Source of the DNA: a virus
Length of the DNA stretch: 64,000 nucleotides
IMG/VR virus record: IMGVR_UViG_3300021961_000021
Strand: one strand, 5' to 3'
This document shows positions 17,401 to 27,877 of this stretch, in pieces. Made by a program: the position numbers and the translations under genes. A model generated the notes under the pieces. That model had not been told where the DNA came from. It worked only from the letters and a program-made list of their open reading frames with translations, and did not search any database. Every line of letters begins with the position of its first letter. Position 1 is the first letter of the stretch.

Positions 17401-20400
17401 CTTCTACTGTATTCTTAATTACTTCCAAAAGTTTTGGTGTAGTGTAGAAGTTGATGTCTACGTTATCGATAAATGCATAGAATCTTGTGTTGGGTTTCAG
17501 ACGTTGTACTCTGAACGCAATATTTCTAGATCTGATGAACGGAATAATAGTACGTTCAATGGTTCTATCACCAAGTGATTGGCGATCAACTCTAGGAACA
17601 ACACGAGTTCTCAAACCACTACGGCTTTGTGAAGATGTGGTTGATGTTGTAGTTGTGGTAATTCGACGAATACCAGGACCACGAAGGAACTGAGTGTTAG
17701 AAGATGTTGATGATGCAGCCCAGTTTGTTCTCCAAGAATTCCATTGAGTAGGAGCAAACCCAGTATTCCAGTCAGCACCCAATCTCAGCAGGGTTGAGTT
17801 AAAATCACCTTCGATGTTTACAACTTGATCTGGCGATCTACGTGAATCCACCCAGTCATCTGAAGACGGGTATAGATCAAGACGACCAATATATGCAAAT
17901 ACGTTGAACGGGTTAACATTCTCTACACGAGATGCATACGGTTGTATAATGAATTTGACTTCATTGTATGGCAGTGTGATGACACCCGATTCGTGAACTG
18001 TGATATTAGATGAATTGTTTTCGGAGAATTGTAAAGATACGTTAGTAGTGTAGTGTGATGGACGAAGATTGCCTTCTTTAAAATCAATAGAACAAGCAAA
18101 ATCTTCGTGTGTTGTAGCCGCAGAATCGAAAGATGTGAAGTTATCGACCAAGAATCCATTCTTGAACTTATCGAAACCATCGGCATCTTTGATCGGTAGT
18201 GATGATGTTTCGAGTTCGAGAAGGTTCAGTGAAGTGTAATATTCCAAAATGTCAACACGTTTTTCAATTGCACCAATATCACGCATCGTAAATCTTCTAT
18301 TGTTCTCACGAACAATTCTCACATCTTTATATGAGTATCCATAAGGTTTATGGAACATAGTTGCCAGCAGCATTGCATTATCGATGTTTGCTGGAATTTC
18401 AGATTGTTCTCCAGGAATACCCTTGATAATCTTAAACTTGGATTGATCCGTGAGGAAGAGTTTATCAACTCTACCAAGATAAAAATCGTAATCGCATCTA
18501 AAATCCGATTCTGGTTTGGGAATGTCGATCACAGTAGCATTGTTTGAAACACCACCAGAAGTGAAACTACGATCCTTGAAATCGAGGGATGCGCAATTAA
18601 CAAAATAGGGGGATCCTACCGTACCAGAACCAGAAAGAACGGGAGTTACTCCAGGTCTAAAATCTAGAACATCTCTAAGCTGTTTTGTTACGTTGTTCTC
18701 TGTGAATGACGGAATATCGTCGTAATCGATACCAACGTATGATTCTGAAGCAAAATAGTCACCAGTTGCTTCGTGAACAAATCTATCAAAAACAATTTTT
18801 AGTTTACGAAGTGGTTTTGTAAAACTTGCATAACGAACAAGTTTAGAGATGTCATAGTAGTGTCCTTTCTGGTTTGTATCCAAGAAGAACGAATCGGTAA
18901 CATTTTTGCTTCCGTTATTGATGGAATTATCCGCATCATTGATGATACCAGTAATTACCTGATCATTTGCATCGAAACCACGAAGAGTTTCTCCAAGAAT
19001 AAAGAACGCATCGTTCTCATATACGAAATGGCAAACATACGAGACTGGGTTAAAGTTTACAACTCTTGCTTTTGCCTTGGAGGTCAGTCCTTCAATGATA
19101 GTACCTTTCTTGAAGATGGTCGCATCTTGCATAATGCAATAAGGTATCACTGCGGAACTGTCATCTGTAGATTCGTATACCGCGTGAATCTTGTATACAT
19201 CAGATGAACCCATCGAAATTTCGTCATCTTCGATACGAGTTCCATACAAAGAACCATATGAAAGACCATACTTGGGAGCATCTGAAGAAATTGAAGTTCT
19301 TTCGACCTTCAATACTTCCATCACAGTAGCATTCTTCAGTTTCTTTTCTGCTTGGTTTTTGGAGACTGACGCAATTAATCGAACTGAAGTAACTCCAGCA
19401 AGATTTGAAACTGTTAAGGAAGTTCTGGGAGTACCAGTTGTATTAAATGTCAGATTCGGTTCGATATCAAGAACAGTGCCAGCTGTGGGTGCTAGTGACA
19501 CCAAGCAATAATGATCATCATCATATGCCAAGAATTGCTCATCTGCAGGCAATGAAATTGTAAAGTCGTTCGCACCAGTAACAGTAATATCATCAAAAGA
19601 ACGTGCAACAATCACAGATTCGTCAGAAATCTGGTTGATGGATTCTTTAGGCATTTCGATCAAAAGATCGGCAGTCTCTTTATCATAAACTTGTGCTCTA
19701 AGACGAACGAGGAATGCATAATCACCATTAGACATTCCAGAAGATACGCCGTTTGCGACAGTTGCACTTGTTACAGCTCCAGTAATTGTTCCACCAGGAG
19801 TTGTGATTCTATTGATCGTGTATGTGTCAGTACCATCACTCGTGAGAATATCGCCAGGACGAAGATCCAAGGTGAAGTTCGATTTGGTTCCTGTCAGGGT
19901 TCCACTATTAACATTGAAGTTTGTGCCGATAATTACACGTTCGCTATCAAGAATAAGATCTCCAGCAAAAATGATACTATTGGTATCTGGATCTCTACCA
20001 GTTACACCTTTAGCATCAGTCAACTGCCAAGTAAAATAGTTATCAAGAGTACCAATCTCTACACCATCTCTTTCAATAACTTCGCCAGTACGGAATGTGC
20101 CGTAAACTTGATAGACTGTAAACGTCGATGCGTTTGAAATATCTGATGAAATAAATGCCTTTGCTCTGGAGGTTCTTCCACGAATAACCGTGCCTTGCCC
20201 AGCACTGACTGATGTATCCATCTCAAACAGTGTCAGTGGTTGAATATCGAAAAGATAGGTTTTCCACTGAGTAGCTGCTGATGTTACGACTGATCCACTG
20301 TGATGCTCATATGCCGCACATCTTGCATAAGCAATAACCTGACCAGATGCGGTAAGCACCCCATTCGGTTTTACATCACGAAATTCTAAAACTTGGTAGT

Positions 20401-21646
20401 TGGAGTTAATACCATTACCATTAACAATTGGTGAACCCTTGACGTTATTCATCAGCATATAATTGCCGAGTTCAAACGGAATAATTGAGTTCTGAAGTGC
20501 CTTAGTTGTTCTTGGTTTATCTAAATCAAGGAACGTTGGTGTAAGCGTTTCGATTTCATATCCTCTAACATATGCCTTACCAGGAGAAATTTCCGTAGCA
20601 TAATATGAAGATGCCGAGATTACACCTTCTCTAGATTTCTCTCCAGGAAGATACACACCACCATTAGATCCATCATTCTGGTGCTCTCTTACACGAATAT
20701 CGAAGTCTCTAACAGTATAGTCACCAGACTCATCGTATGTACGACGAGCAAGTTCTTTAGCAAGTTCGTTATATACAGTTCTATCTACAAAATTCTCTAC
20801 TTGAGATTGATTGATTCTCAGCAGTTCGATGAAGTTCTTATCGGTATCATCATCGATTACTTTCTTTGTCAGTTGACAACGAATTCTAAATCTGTGTGCA
20901 CCAGGAGCAGAATAGTTTGATGTACCTGTTGCATTATCATTCAGCCCTGGGTCATCTTCTGGGGTAACAATAGATTCAAAAATTTCCAGACCAATTCTAT
21001 ATGAAGGATTATTTGAATACTGATCAAGGATAATGGTTTGCTCTTCTACATCGACGAAATAACCACGAATAAAGTATACGCCATTAGCAACTGTGGCTGT
21101 GGAACCAATTGCAGTTGCGGATGTGGGAAGAAGTTGAGCAAAAGGTGTACCGATTTCGACCAGTGTGCTACCAAAGGTCAGTTCTCTGTCACAAACCAAT
21201 TGTTCATTTGGAACAAATTCATTAGTATCACTGTCTTCTCCACCAGAAGTGATGTACTTGAGATACATCGTAATGTATCCACGCTCAGATTCTGCAGAAG
21301 AAATTGAGAACAAAACCTTTGCTTGAATACCAGTTGTTAGACCAGTAATCAAAGCACCAGTTAACTGCTCACGATAGAGTTCTACGTTTGTACCGAGAAA
21401 ACTCTCTTGTAGAATAATTGCCTTAGCATCTAAATCGTAACCAACCTGTCCAGGGATGACCATTGCGCCATCCTTAAACATATGAGATCCCATAGACTCC
21501 AATTGGTTTTGGAGAAGGGACTGCATTGTAGTAAGTTCTCTCGCCTGAATAGGATACCCAGGACGATAAAGAACCTTGTAGAAGTTATTATCCTTATTGA
21601 AATCGTCAAAATAAGGAGAAATATTCAGGTTGGTATTCTGGGGCAT
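14456..21646 (-). CDS. vrlC: VrlC-like (DUF4815-type) large virion structural protein, 2396 aa
   Basis: NLNISPYFDDF..NNFYKVLYRPG.PIQARELTTMQS N-terminus, NYSAPGAHR, WYDPLAQSF and WTADQYEDLKF motifs; position after g8. Confidence 0.85.
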   Translation of the reverse strand: MPQNTNLNISPYFDDFNKDNNFYKVLYRPGYPIQARELTTMQSLLQNQLESMGSHMFKDGAMVIPGQVGYDLDAKAIILQESFLGTNVELYREQLTGALITGLTTGIQAKVLFSISSAESERGYITMYLKYITSGGEDSDTNEFVPNEQLVCDRELTFGSTLVEIGTPFAQLLPTSATAIGSTATVANGVYFIRGYFVDVEEQTIILDQYSNNPSYRIGLEIFESIVTPEDDPGLNDNATGTSNYSAPGAHRFRIRCQLTKKVIDDDTDKNFIELLRINQSQVENFVDRTVYNELAKELARRTYDESGDYTVRDFDIRVREHQNDGSNGGVYLPGEKSREGVISASSYYATEISPGKAYVRGYEIETLTPTFLDLDKPRTTKALQNSIIPFELGNYMLMNNVKGSPIVNGNGINSNYQVLEFRDVKPNGVLTASGQVIAYARCAAYEHHSGSVVTSAATQWKTYLFDIQPLTLFEMDTSVSAGQGTVIRGRTSRAKAFISSDISNASTFTVYQVYGTFRTGEVIERDGVEIGTLDNYFTWQLTDAKGVTGRDPDTNSIIFAGDLILDSERVIIGTNFNVNSGTLTGTKSNFTLDLRPGDILTSDGTDTYTINRITTPGGTITGAVTSATVANGVSSGMSNGDYAFLVRLRAQVYDKETADLLIEMPKESINQISDESVIVARSFDDITVTGANDFTISLPADEQFLAYDDDHYCLVSLAPTAGTVLDIEPNLTFNTTGTPRTSLTVSNLAGVTSVRLIASVSKNQAEKKLKNATVMEVLKVERTSISSDAPKYGLSYGSLYGTRIEDDEISMGSSDVYKIHAVYESTDDSSAVIPYCIMQDATIFKKGTIIEGLTSKAKARVVNFNPVSYVCHFVYENDAFFILGETLRGFDANDQVITGIINDADNSINNGSKNVTDSFFLDTNQKGHYYDISKLVRYASFTKPLRKLKIVFDRFVHEATGDYFASESYVGIDYDDIPSFTENNVTKQLRDVLDFRPGVTPVLSGSGTVGSPYFVNCASLDFKDRSFTSGGVSNNATVIDIPKPESDFRCDYDFYLGRVDKLFLTDQSKFKIIKGIPGEQSEIPANIDNAMLLATMFHKPYGYSYKDVRIVRENNRRFTMRDIGAIEKRVDILEYYTSLNLLELETSSLPIKDADGFDKFKNGFLVDNFTSFDSAATTHEDFACSIDFKEGNLRPSHYTTNVSLQFSENNSSNITVHESGVITLPYNEVKFIIQPYASRVENVNPFNVFAYIGRLDLYPSSDDWVDSRRSPDQVVNIEGDFNSTLLRLGADWNTGFAPTQWNSWRTNWAASSTSSNTQFLRGPGIRRITTTTTSTTSSQSRSGLRTRVVPRVDRQSLGDRTIERTIIPFIRSRNIAFRVQRLKPNTRFYAFIDNVDINFYTTPKLLEVIKNTVEDIRTNDTPFVVGETVVGQTSGCRLRIVDVNDGFDDNLSPYDKSDLPSSYASTTPYLNIDTKIMSETVAGTYYGNALEGEILVGATSGARAVVKPKRLIADTNGNMSGIIWIPNPAINTNLRFATGTRVIRLTTSPSDSRTPGEVDSAAQHNYIASGVLETKQQTILAVRNADVVRDTVFQDRIVNTTSTSVRDTGWYDPLAQSFLVESKGGAFLTGCELYFRTRDERIPVSVQVREMANGYPTTKVLAFSDTTLLPSQINLSENGTIPTRFTFQSPVYVTENREYCLVVLSDSNEYKLWISRMGEDDVTSDRTISEQPYAGVLFKSQNASTWTADQYEDLKFVLYKAEFTPNTTGTAWFNNADLALGNGGISQLRNNPIITTKPQVKIVLSDSTANYTIGAELTQTDVSPAPSAVVREIVQGVPGSSNAYLIVDDLVGSFRQGVQSGNTYIYRIVSSRSLATITLTGVSGTFQVGESVTNGTGASAVVTSWTSGTGALEVKSVTGTFSDGDPITQVVNSVTVASGTIGTSGVSLTGDDINDYPSAPISYFNNATEVTVLHANHCMHDIGNNVRISGVISEVSPTIIDSAYHTNGITATDGVGTSFSLHVNDAAAFHTIINGEVISSSNSGYIVIRDPEIPEQHFEIIEYNAITSDGKIITLPAGSRGQAGTAALAHSPNSIVECYNLDGIPLTEINKLHTAIGSPTIDSYKIAVDSVSTSGITSGGYNATATQNIQFEQVYPQIQMTVYPETDIATRVNAVSGTSIQDGNNVEQASFINDGVYYDLIANEDNYFDEPKLVASVVNESAKLSGSKSLNLQLLMTTENQNVSPVIDTDRCSLITTTNRVNNLSIGVNDAEKNAGDLNSAVYITKVINLLNAANTLKVRFEAWRHPQTEIRVMYKLNPVGTSLSFDEIGYTYFNGNGLEDKSIQKTEDLLYRDFEYTLETTDYTSAQIKIIMTSSNQAYVPLIKNLRVIALSDL

Positions 21647-21648
21647 TT

Positions 21649-23184
21649 TTAGAACTCTACTACGATCTTAATGTCTTCAATTTGGTCGCCAGCACGGGAG
21701 ATCGCTCTCCTATTATCTATGTAGATAACTTTACCAGAGTCCTTTTTCACTTCTGGTTTGGCGTAACCTGAAGTGAATGACATACCAAGATCGTACTCTG
21801 TGTTGTTAATAACACGAGTAGCTTCACCAGGAACAACAGGGAAGTTGATATCGGGATCTACTGAAGTACCAGATCCAGAACCAACAATTGTATTACCACC
21901 AGAGAATTCAACTTTGTTGCCCGTAATCTCTGGGAAAATACCATCAATTCTATTTTGATAGTATTTCAAAACTTTAGTTACAGAATTCCAAGAAACTACT
22001 CGTCCACGAGCAGTTACCTGTTGACCACCAACAGTTCTAGTTTGGGTGATGATTTCGTCAGTGTTAAACGAACCTGTGAAATCAGGGGGGAAAATTACAG
22101 CATTAGATGCAGAAATAGTAATCGCATCTGCAAGTTCTTCCGTACCAAACTTAAGGGGATTCAGCACCAGACCAATACGACGATAGTCGTTATCGGTTGG
22201 GAAGTCTCCAGAACCTTCAGAATATGTAAACTTGGTATTAATCATTACACGGAAACCACCAAGTTCAATTTGGGGGGTTGATCCGTGACCACCTTTAGGG
22301 GGAATGATTACGTCAATAGCACCACCAGTACCTGTACCAGCACCGATACCATTGACTTCATCGATAATCACTTTACCGAAGGAGTAGTTGGAACCACCAG
22401 AAGTCACAGTAGCAGAAACGATCTTACCACCATCAACCACGATGGAGATACGACCGCCAGTACCATCACCTTTAACGGAAACGTTTTCATAAGTTCCGTT
22501 GTTATAACCAGAACCAGAAGACTGGATAACTACGGTATCAATCTCACCGCCAACAGCATCAGACTGAACAGCGGTATCGATCAGAACGGGCATATAGTCT
22601 GCCGAGAAGAACTTCAACACCTGACCCACAGGGATGGTGTACATATACTTCCAACGATAACCATCAGCAGTTGTGATGATCGATGTTGAAGTACCTGTAG
22701 GTTCGATGGTTGAAGGTTTACCGTTGGGATCGGAAGGTGAAGTGCCGTTGTAGATGCACTTATAAACTTGGTATGATGAATTCACCACATAGAAGTCTGC
22801 ATCATACAGTTTAGTAGCACCAGAAGATGCGGTCTTGGAAGATGAGTAATCGTGACGATACATATCGTACACATAACCCAAACCACCTGTAGTTTGCTCA
22901 GGAGGAATCCAATCAATGCGACGAATAACTTGAACAGCGTCATTCGCAAGAATGCGCTTCATTGAAATCATATCGTCGTAAGCATCCGAAAAATCTTGAA
23001 ATGAATCAATCGGAGTTGGGGGATTATTTTCATTATCCCATTCTTGCGGTCTACCAATGAACACATACAAGCGATCACGATTTGCGCCTGCAGAAATATC
23101 ACTCTCGGTCTTGTCTGGACCTTCAAGTGACTTGATAAACTTTTCCGCTGTAAAAATTCTGAATTGGTCTGTAAGTAGTGCCAT
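21649..23184 (-). CDS. gp8: Baseplate wedge subunit
   Basis: LYVFIGRPQEW, VYKCIYN, DGYRWKYMYTI, NDYRRIGLV, SGKVIYIDNR motifs. Confidence 0.92.
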   Translation of the reverse strand: MALLTDQFRIFTAEKFIKSLEGPDKTESDISAGANRDRLYVFIGRPQEWDNENNPPTPIDSFQDFSDAYDDMISMKRILANDAVQVIRRIDWIPPEQTTGGLGYVYDMYRHDYSSSKTASSGATKLYDADFYVVNSSYQVYKCIYNGTSPSDPNGKPSTIEPTGTSTSIITTADGYRWKYMYTIPVGQVLKFFSADYMPVLIDTAVQSDAVGGEIDTVVIQSSGSGYNNGTYENVSVKGDGTGGRISIVVDGGKIVSATVTSGGSNYSFGKVIIDEVNGIGAGTGTGGAIDVIIPPKGGHGSTPQIELGGFRVMINTKFTYSEGSGDFPTDNDYRRIGLVLNPLKFGTEELADAITISASNAVIFPPDFTGSFNTDEIITQTRTVGGQQVTARGRVVSWNSVTKVLKYYQNRIDGIFPEITGNKVEFSGGNTIVGSGSGTSVDPDINFPVVPGEATRVINNTEYDLGMSFTSGYAKPEVKKDSGKVIYIDNRRAISRAGDQIEDIKIVVEF

Positions 23185-23206
23185 TGGACAGTTTCTACCT
23201 TCCTTT

Positions 23207-23214
23207 TATTTATA
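23207..23214 (-). promoter_or_regulatory. T4 late promoter (TATAAATA)
   Basis: Perfect consensus, 23 nt upstream of the g8 ATG. Confidence 0.85.
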
Positions 23215-23220
23215 CTAGGT

Positions 23221-25095
23221 TTAGTCGGGCTCGTTTCTGATAAAAGATGGATAATCAATCCTCAAAATTCTGCCCTCAGCTCCTGTGCCAACGCCAAGGA
23301 TATTTTCGTTTTTGTTCCAAAGGTAATTACCCGCGTTTGGAGTGGGGTCATTACACACAAGAACTTTTGTAACTGGATCCCAAGATACAACAACTGCTTC
23401 AACCAAACTAACGGTTCCTCTTACAGTTTCTCCAATACTAAAGTTGTAATTATTCAGCATTGTTCTGAATGTAAATTGGAGTGTTGCTGCGTGGTATTCA
23501 CCATCACCAAGAGCACCAGCAATGGATACTGTTGGTGATTTTGTTGGGATTGATGCATCAGACATCTGATCACCAATTTGGAATAGCGTAGTATTTTGAC
23601 CACCAAGGGTTTCTTCAATACCATATAGTGATGATGCAATACCACCATCAAGGTTAATTTCACCTTCGTAATCTGTATTGGTATTAATCAGATCAGGAAT
23701 ACCATCACCATCACCCTGAAGTTCATCATCATCTTCAAATGCCTTATCCTGTATCAACTGAATTGGGTATGTCAATTGATAGATTCTTGATCCCACCTTA
23801 TCGATGAGAGTGTGGGGTTCTACACCAGTTGCAGTTGAACTTGAAATACCACCACTGAAGTCAATTACCTGAGTAGTAACATTTGAGTTACCACCATCAA
23901 TAAATGCCAGTTCATCAACTTCAAATGTTAAATAAAGTCCTCGTTCTTCTGGTCTCCAATCGTAGACACGAGCAATTTTGCTGCCTGAACTTTCATTAGT
24001 TCTAACGACACGATCGCCAACGTTGAAGACATATTCCGAAAGTCCTGTTACGGGATTATCCGCCAAAGAATCCAGAATAACTTTTTGGTCATATCTGAAG
24101 TTGATTCCTCGATCGCAACCAGTAAAGGATGTACCTGTTTTACCAGTATACCGAATGACTTCTCTTCCGATTAGAATTTTTCCAGATCCAGGATACGGAT
24201 CCGTTGTCTCAACATATATTGTTTGATCTGAAATATCAACATCTTTAAGAAGACCTGTTACATCATAAACAAACGAGTTAAACGCTTGCCTATTTCTGTT
24301 CTTTTTGATGAGGTCGGTATTTCTGGTGAAAATAACTTGTGGAGCAGTTGAATATCCACCACCAGGATCCAATATGTCAATGGATGTGATAGAACCAAGA
24401 ACGACATTTGCGACAGCTCTTGCACCACCACCACCACCGCCATTAAGTAGAACTACTGGAGGCGACTCAAAAAATTCACCTTGATTTGTGATATTTACAT
24501 TTTTGATGATACCAAACGGATCAACATCTGCGACTCCAGATGCTCCCTGTCCACCGCCACCAGCGATAACAATATTAATATCGCCAGTTTCATAGTTTGA
24601 TCCAGGTGCTTCCAGTGAAAGACCCGTAACTAAACCATTAACTGCACGAAGTTCTGCACCAGATCCACCACCACCTTTAATTACAACAGAGGTTGGATCT
24701 TTGAAATAATTGTCACCATTAGACAACATTTGAACATATTGAATTGCTCCTGCAGGAACTAGAAGATCGCCTTCAATAGAAAACTGATCTTCCTCCCAAA
24801 GAACGGGTTTTGCTTTAGCTCCATAACCAAAACCTTCTGTTTGGATTTCAATCCTTACTGGATCATATCCTTCACCAGGATCTAATACTTTTACAGCAGC
24901 AATTCTTCCATTCTGAATGATTGGTTCTAAAACCGCTTCTCTTAATGGTGTACCACAATTGCCAATTCTTAATCTTGGTGGATCAAATTCGGAATAATCA
25001 GATCCACCATCAATCACATAAACATCCCTAACCCCGTATGTACTATTAAATACGGGTTCGATTACTGCGCCACTTCCAGGTACTGTTCTTGCCAT
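23221..25095 (-). CDS. Baseplate-associated structural protein with GGGGSGA beta-repeats (624 aa)
   Basis: Repeated I.I.GGGG.GA.A.A..(D/N).G.Y units like those in gp7; lies between the gp9-like gene and g8. Confidence 0.75.
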   Translation of the reverse strand: MARTVPGSGAVIEPVFNSTYGVRDVYVIDGGSDYSEFDPPRLRIGNCGTPLREAVLEPIIQNGRIAAVKVLDPGEGYDPVRIEIQTEGFGYGAKAKPVLWEEDQFSIEGDLLVPAGAIQYVQMLSNGDNYFKDPTSVVIKGGGGSGAELRAVNGLVTGLSLEAPGSNYETGDINIVIAGGGGQGASGVADVDPFGIIKNVNITNQGEFFESPPVVLLNGGGGGGARAVANVVLGSITSIDILDPGGGYSTAPQVIFTRNTDLIKKNRNRQAFNSFVYDVTGLLKDVDISDQTIYVETTDPYPGSGKILIGREVIRYTGKTGTSFTGCDRGINFRYDQKVILDSLADNPVTGLSEYVFNVGDRVVRTNESSGSKIARVYDWRPEERGLYLTFEVDELAFIDGGNSNVTTQVIDFSGGISSSTATGVEPHTLIDKVGSRIYQLTYPIQLIQDKAFEDDDELQGDGDGIPDLINTNTDYEGEINLDGGIASSLYGIEETLGGQNTTLFQIGDQMSDASIPTKSPTVSIAGALGDGEYHAATLQFTFRTMLNNYNFSIGETVRGTVSLVEAVVVSWDPVTKVLVCNDPTPNAGNYLWNKNENILGVGTGAEGRILRIDYPSFIRNEPD

Positions 25096-25098
25096 TTA

Positions 25099-26481
25099 TC
25101 AACGAATCGTAAAAGTGCCATTCATTGCAGCGTGAATAGTGCACTGGTAATACAGAGTGTCGGGCGCATCGTGGGGAACGGTGAAGTGCTGAGCACCAAA
25201 CTCACCGCCAGTCGGGGGAGTTATACCAGTTGTATATCTTGTACCAGCCAAACCAGCGGTTGATTGAATCCTAAACGGATGTGCACCACCAGCAAGGTTG
25301 ATAAAGATGTATGTAAACCCTCTGTAAAGGACCAGAGAGGGGTTCTGAGCGCCCTCTGCAGGTAGACCAGGACCATACATCAGATATGCGTTAGAACCGA
25401 CAGGAGTCATCCTGTAGAACAATGCGGGGGATGGAGCGTAAGTAGATACGCCATTCTGACCCTTGATGACTGTTGATCCCTCAGGTGCGTTGCTCTGCTC
25501 TCTACGGAAACCGCCATCAGCATCTTCAAACTCACCACCTTCAACGGCAACTTGAAGATTACCTTCAGCGTCGATCTTCAGTTTGTGACCACCACCAAAA
25601 GTCAGATCATCTGCTTGAATCTGAACGCTACCAGTTTCATCCTCAGAAAGAACTCTATTGTGTGAAGTAATTTCCAGAGGAAGATTTACATTAAGTTCTG
25701 GTGATTGGTCGCCAGGACCAACAGCATTAAATACTGCATAACCACGAGCAGGACCAGTCTCTTCAGTAAAGCTAACAAAATCCAAGTGAATCAGAATGCC
25801 ACCGACATCACGGACATCAACTCTCGTTCCAGGTTTCATAGAACCGAAACGACTGTGGAATTTCTCTTTTTCGAGAGCATTCTCTGTAGAAAGTTTTGAT
25901 TCAACTATACGCTGAGATCCAGTGTTAATCGACTGGACAAGGTGAAGATTTCTCTTTTTATGGACGAGTTCTTGAGTATTTTCGTCAGTAGAAAGTCCAG
26001 TATCATCCAACCAAATTGTGGCGGTTGAGAGATACAGATCGCGGAACTTCAGTGAAGGCGAACCCAGATCATATGTAACATCGCTATTGGGGAGAATATC
26101 TGCACTAACAACAAGGTCCCCGTTACCATTGTTTGAAATGTTGCTGAGACCGCTACCAGATCCAGTGCTTTGTAGATCATCCCCAGGTTGGAATTTGTTA
26201 CTGGTAGTATTCCATTTCAGAACTTGACCATTAGTGATACCTGACAAATCAACATTAGTCAGATTTTCAATAGAAAGTTGACCTTCCGTGAAGGTAGTAC
26301 CATCCCATTTTAGAACTTGATTTGTGGACGGCGAATTGATATTGATGCGAAGATTCGTATCATCACCAAGATAAGCATAAAGCTCATTGATGACGTTATT
26401 AATCTTAATGGCACCATCTCTTAGAGTATCACCTGTTCCATCGTTGGCTGATACACCTACATTTATGTTTTGCTTTGCCAT
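25099..26481 (-). CDS. gp9/gp10-like N-terminal baseplate protein with a C-terminal cupredoxin-like domain
   Basis: MAKQNINVG..ANDGTGDTLRDGAIKINN..NELY N-terminus; C-terminal GGAHPFRI...LYYQCTIHAAMNG. Confidence 0.8.
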   Translation of the reverse strand: MAKQNINVGVSANDGTGDTLRDGAIKINNVINELYAYLGDDTNLRININSPSTNQVLKWDGTTFTEGQLSIENLTNVDLSGITNGQVLKWNTTSNKFQPGDDLQSTGSGSGLSNISNNGNGDLVVSADILPNSDVTYDLGSPSLKFRDLYLSTATIWLDDTGLSTDENTQELVHKKRNLHLVQSINTGSQRIVESKLSTENALEKEKFHSRFGSMKPGTRVDVRDVGGILIHLDFVSFTEETGPARGYAVFNAVGPGDQSPELNVNLPLEITSHNRVLSEDETGSVQIQADDLTFGGGHKLKIDAEGNLQVAVEGGEFEDADGGFRREQSNAPEGSTVIKGQNGVSTYAPSPALFYRMTPVGSNAYLMYGPGLPAEGAQNPSLVLYRGFTYIFINLAGGAHPFRIQSTAGLAGTRYTTGITPPTGGEFGAQHFTVPHDAPDTLYYQCTIHAAMNGTFTIR

Positions 26482-26505
26482 AATCGGGGGACTTTTCTAC
26501 AGGAG

Positions 26506-26512
26506 TATTTAT
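26506..26512 (-). promoter_or_regulatory. T4-type late promoter (ATAAATA)
   Basis: Overlaps the YHYH gene stop; 25 nt upstream of the next ATG. Confidence 0.75.
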
Positions 26513-27864
26513 GTCATATCGAAGTCAACCACAGTGTTGCTAAACCTAATGGATGTGGTTGTGAAGTTTGGATTGTTATTGTCTTTATCAAACGATACTG
26601 GAGTCATATCATATGAACCAGTAGCATCATCAAATTGTAAGATGCTGGCAAAATCGATACTTGATCCAATACCTGTGACCGATAAAATGGCAAGATTTGA
26701 TGCCAATGGAGAATTTTGCGCTGGGTTTGTAGCGCCAATCGGACCCGTCAAAATGCATCTATAACGATAACCAGTCATATATGCCAAGGCATATACAGTC
26801 AGAACATTTGATGTTTGACCCTTAATATTTGCCCAAGAAAAACCACCATCGGTAGAAACTTGCCATTGGTAGTGAAGAATTCCATTACCAGGCTGCACAT
26901 TTGCTAGAACTGTAAATGTTTGGTTTGTATTTACTTGAGTGCTTGCATTTGTCGGTTGCAGAGAAATTACAATTGACTGTGCACCAACAAAAACTGGTTG
27001 TTCTTCCTCAATAAGGGGAACAAATCCACTGTTGGGTGGAACTTGTAGGGTTTCTTTTGAGGTCAATCCGATCATAAATGGGAATGTTGGTTCTCCCTGA
27101 GGATCAGTTGTGACAAAATATGCCCAAGTGCCATTTGGAAATTCTGGTGTTACGCAGTATCTTCCATTATGTTCATCCAGAGTCTGACCGCCACCATAAT
27201 ATGCCCAGTCTTCGACAAAAACACCTGCAGGATATTCGGAATATGATGGTCTACCAGGAGATTCGGATGGTTTGGTTTGATAACCAGAAACCATTCTGAC
27301 AACACTTGAATTATTATCTGTGGGATTTAAATATCCCCAAGGTCCATATACAGGATATCCATCAAAACAGAACCCTAAAATCTTAGAGTGTCCATCTGGA
27401 TGTCTAATATTATCACCATTGTATTGCGATGATCCATAGTAATCATTGTAACCAGCCATAGACTGATTGCTATTCCAACATTCTATGAAGTCACTATCGT
27501 GATAATGGTACTGACCATTCTGCTCAGGATGACCACCACAACTATCTTCACCAAAACTAACAGCAGTATTGTTGCCTGCTGCCACATAGGAAAATCCTGG
27601 CGGCGGGTTACCGCCATTTCCAGCACTAGGATTAAAGAAGACGACACCGTTTGCAGCAATACCAATAGCACCCAAACCGACAGACCCAGGAGAATCTGTG
27701 TTTGTTCCGCCTCTGTAAGTGAAGGAATGGTCGAATGTGTAAGCAACAATGGTGTTAGGATTGTTGGCATTTGGAAAGACCCCAGGACGAACTGGGTATG
27801 GTAGTCCATCCCCAGTTACTGTTAAGGTGTTTGTTAGATTGTCGTAAGAACCTATAGCGGTCAT
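26509..27864 (-). CDS. YHYH-domain protein with a C-terminal Ig-like domain
   Basis: GHPEQNGQYHYH at ~27499-27531, ILGFCFDGYPVYGPWG, LDEHNGRYCVTPEFPNGTWAYF; then YQWQVSTDGG...YRC Ig-like fold. Confidence 0.85.
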   Translation of the reverse strand: MTAIGSYDNLTNTLTVTGDGLPYPVRPGVFPNANNPNTIVAYTFDHSFTYRGGTNTDSPGSVGLGAIGIAANGVVFFNPSAGNGGNPPPGFSYVAAGNNTAVSFGEDSCGGHPEQNGQYHYHDSDFIECWNSNQSMAGYNDYYGSSQYNGDNIRHPDGHSKILGFCFDGYPVYGPWGYLNPTDNNSSVVRMVSGYQTKPSESPGRPSYSEYPAGVFVEDWAYYGGGQTLDEHNGRYCVTPEFPNGTWAYFVTTDPQGEPTFPFMIGLTSKETLQVPPNSGFVPLIEEEQPVFVGAQSIVISLQPTNASTQVNTNQTFTVLANVQPGNGILHYQWQVSTDGGFSWANIKGQTSNVLTVYALAYMTGYRYRCILTGPIGATNPAQNSPLASNLAILSVTGIGSSIDFASILQFDDATGSYDMTPVSFDKDNNNPNFTTTSIRFSNTVVDFDMT

Positions 27865-27877
27865 TTGTTTTTTCTAA

